Origin: Phallusia mammillata
Lineage: Eukaryota
Length of the DNA stretch: 64,000 bases
Direction: 5' to 3'
NCBI GenBank assembly: GCA_965637545.1
Contig: OZ281500.1
Location: 8,680,001 to 8,744,000 of the forward strand
Both the position numbers and the translations under genes were made by a program. Positions 63,401 to 64,000 of the stretch are shown in pieces; position 1 is the stretch's first letter; every line of letters starts with the position of its first letter. Below the pieces are notes generated by a model. It saw only the letters and a program-made list of their open reading frames with translations. It did no database searches and was not told where the DNA came from.

Positions 63401-64000
63401 CAACATATTTTGCAGATATGCATTATCTAAACTCATTGCATGGCTGTCGGAAAACATTACATTAGGAAGTTCGCAATCTAAAGGTTTGATTTCATTCTTT
63501 TTATGATTCGCTGCTTAATAAGATTTGTGAATGTGTTTACTTTGCGCAATACTTCTTGCACTCATTGTTTCGGGGACGTGTGAAATGTCTGATAAATTGT
63601 GAAGCTGTGTAATGACTGGTGTGAAAATATTATGGTAGGGCCAATAACTGTGTTTCAGGCTTCAACTTTTCCGGTTTGCCAAGACCTGTGCTTTGCAGCA
63701 AATAATACTCCTAACAACTACGTTCCTCCGCTTACATGAGCCATGATTGTGATCAAGACATTGATACTGCATTAAGACACACATACACCAATAGGTTTCG
63801 ATTGTTTCACATCTATTTTAACATGTGGCTGTTTTTTTTTTTTTGTTCTTACATAACATATGTTTTGTAGGCAATAACCATATGTTACAGGCTACAGTAC
63901 ATGATACAGTTCTCTGCATTAACCTTTTTCTTCCACTGACTGAATAAACATCGCTCCAAACAAGATCAATGCGCCTGAGAAATATGCTTCACTCCAGATT
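54500..64000. repeat. Higher-order tandem array of at least 11 ~850-bp monomers, arranged as ~1.7-kb A/B dimers and continuing past the window end
   Basis: The anchor tgtgttt(c/t)ag occurs with its (c/t)ag at 55033, 55873, 56765, 57584, 58471, 59278, 60148, 60990, 61836, 62682 and 63656 (spacing 807-974). The anchor gaggtttgcc occurs at 55681, 57392, 59111, 60798 and 62490 (spacing 1687-1719). Confidence 0.95.

Noticed and set aside
55600-63420. LDVGC/LDIGC/LDVGY translations in every array monomer, resembling methyltransferase motif I
   Set aside because: The GxG residues and downstream motifs are missing, stops surround the motif, and it sits just upstream of a conserved acceptor-like site, so it is probably intronic. 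No similarity to the 6700-7608 gene was visible.
54500-64000. CRISPR array, rDNA/5S/snRNA/SL-RNA cluster, histone cluster or NUMT as the identity of the array
   Set aside because: The unit is ~850 bp with no short repeat-spacer structure. No recognisable rRNA, snRNA, tRNA or histone sequence was seen, and reading TGA as Trp does not open the frames.

Overview
AT-rich, compact animal genomic DNA with short GT-AG introns (many 50-70 nt) and chordate-type genes; an ascidian/tunicate-like origin is inferred, not shown. Gene order from left to right: (1) a degenerate GPCR-like remnant; (2) a 5'-truncated IQCM-like pseudogene with a nonsense codon; (3) an intronless class I SAM methyltransferase (-); (4) a full IQCM-like gene with a very long acidic/low-complexity N-terminus (-), possibly continuing into unknown exons at 21.6-23.1 kb; (5) intronless LRRC34 (-); (6) a KIBRA/WWC-like gene lacking the C2 domain and C-terminal region (-); (7) a FAM187A-like membrane protein whose first Ig domain is split by an FN2-FN2-TSP1 cassette (+); (8) C19orf12 (+); (9) DCTN4 (-); (10) EXOSC8 (-). 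From about 54.5 kb to the window end lies a tandem array of ~850-bp monomers arranged as ~1.7-kb A/B dimers, with conserved splice-like signals but no intact ORF. Several hAT-type MITEs and other non-autonomous elements are present. All gene models were spliced and translated by hand, and homologies come from recalled protein sequences; no database search was run.
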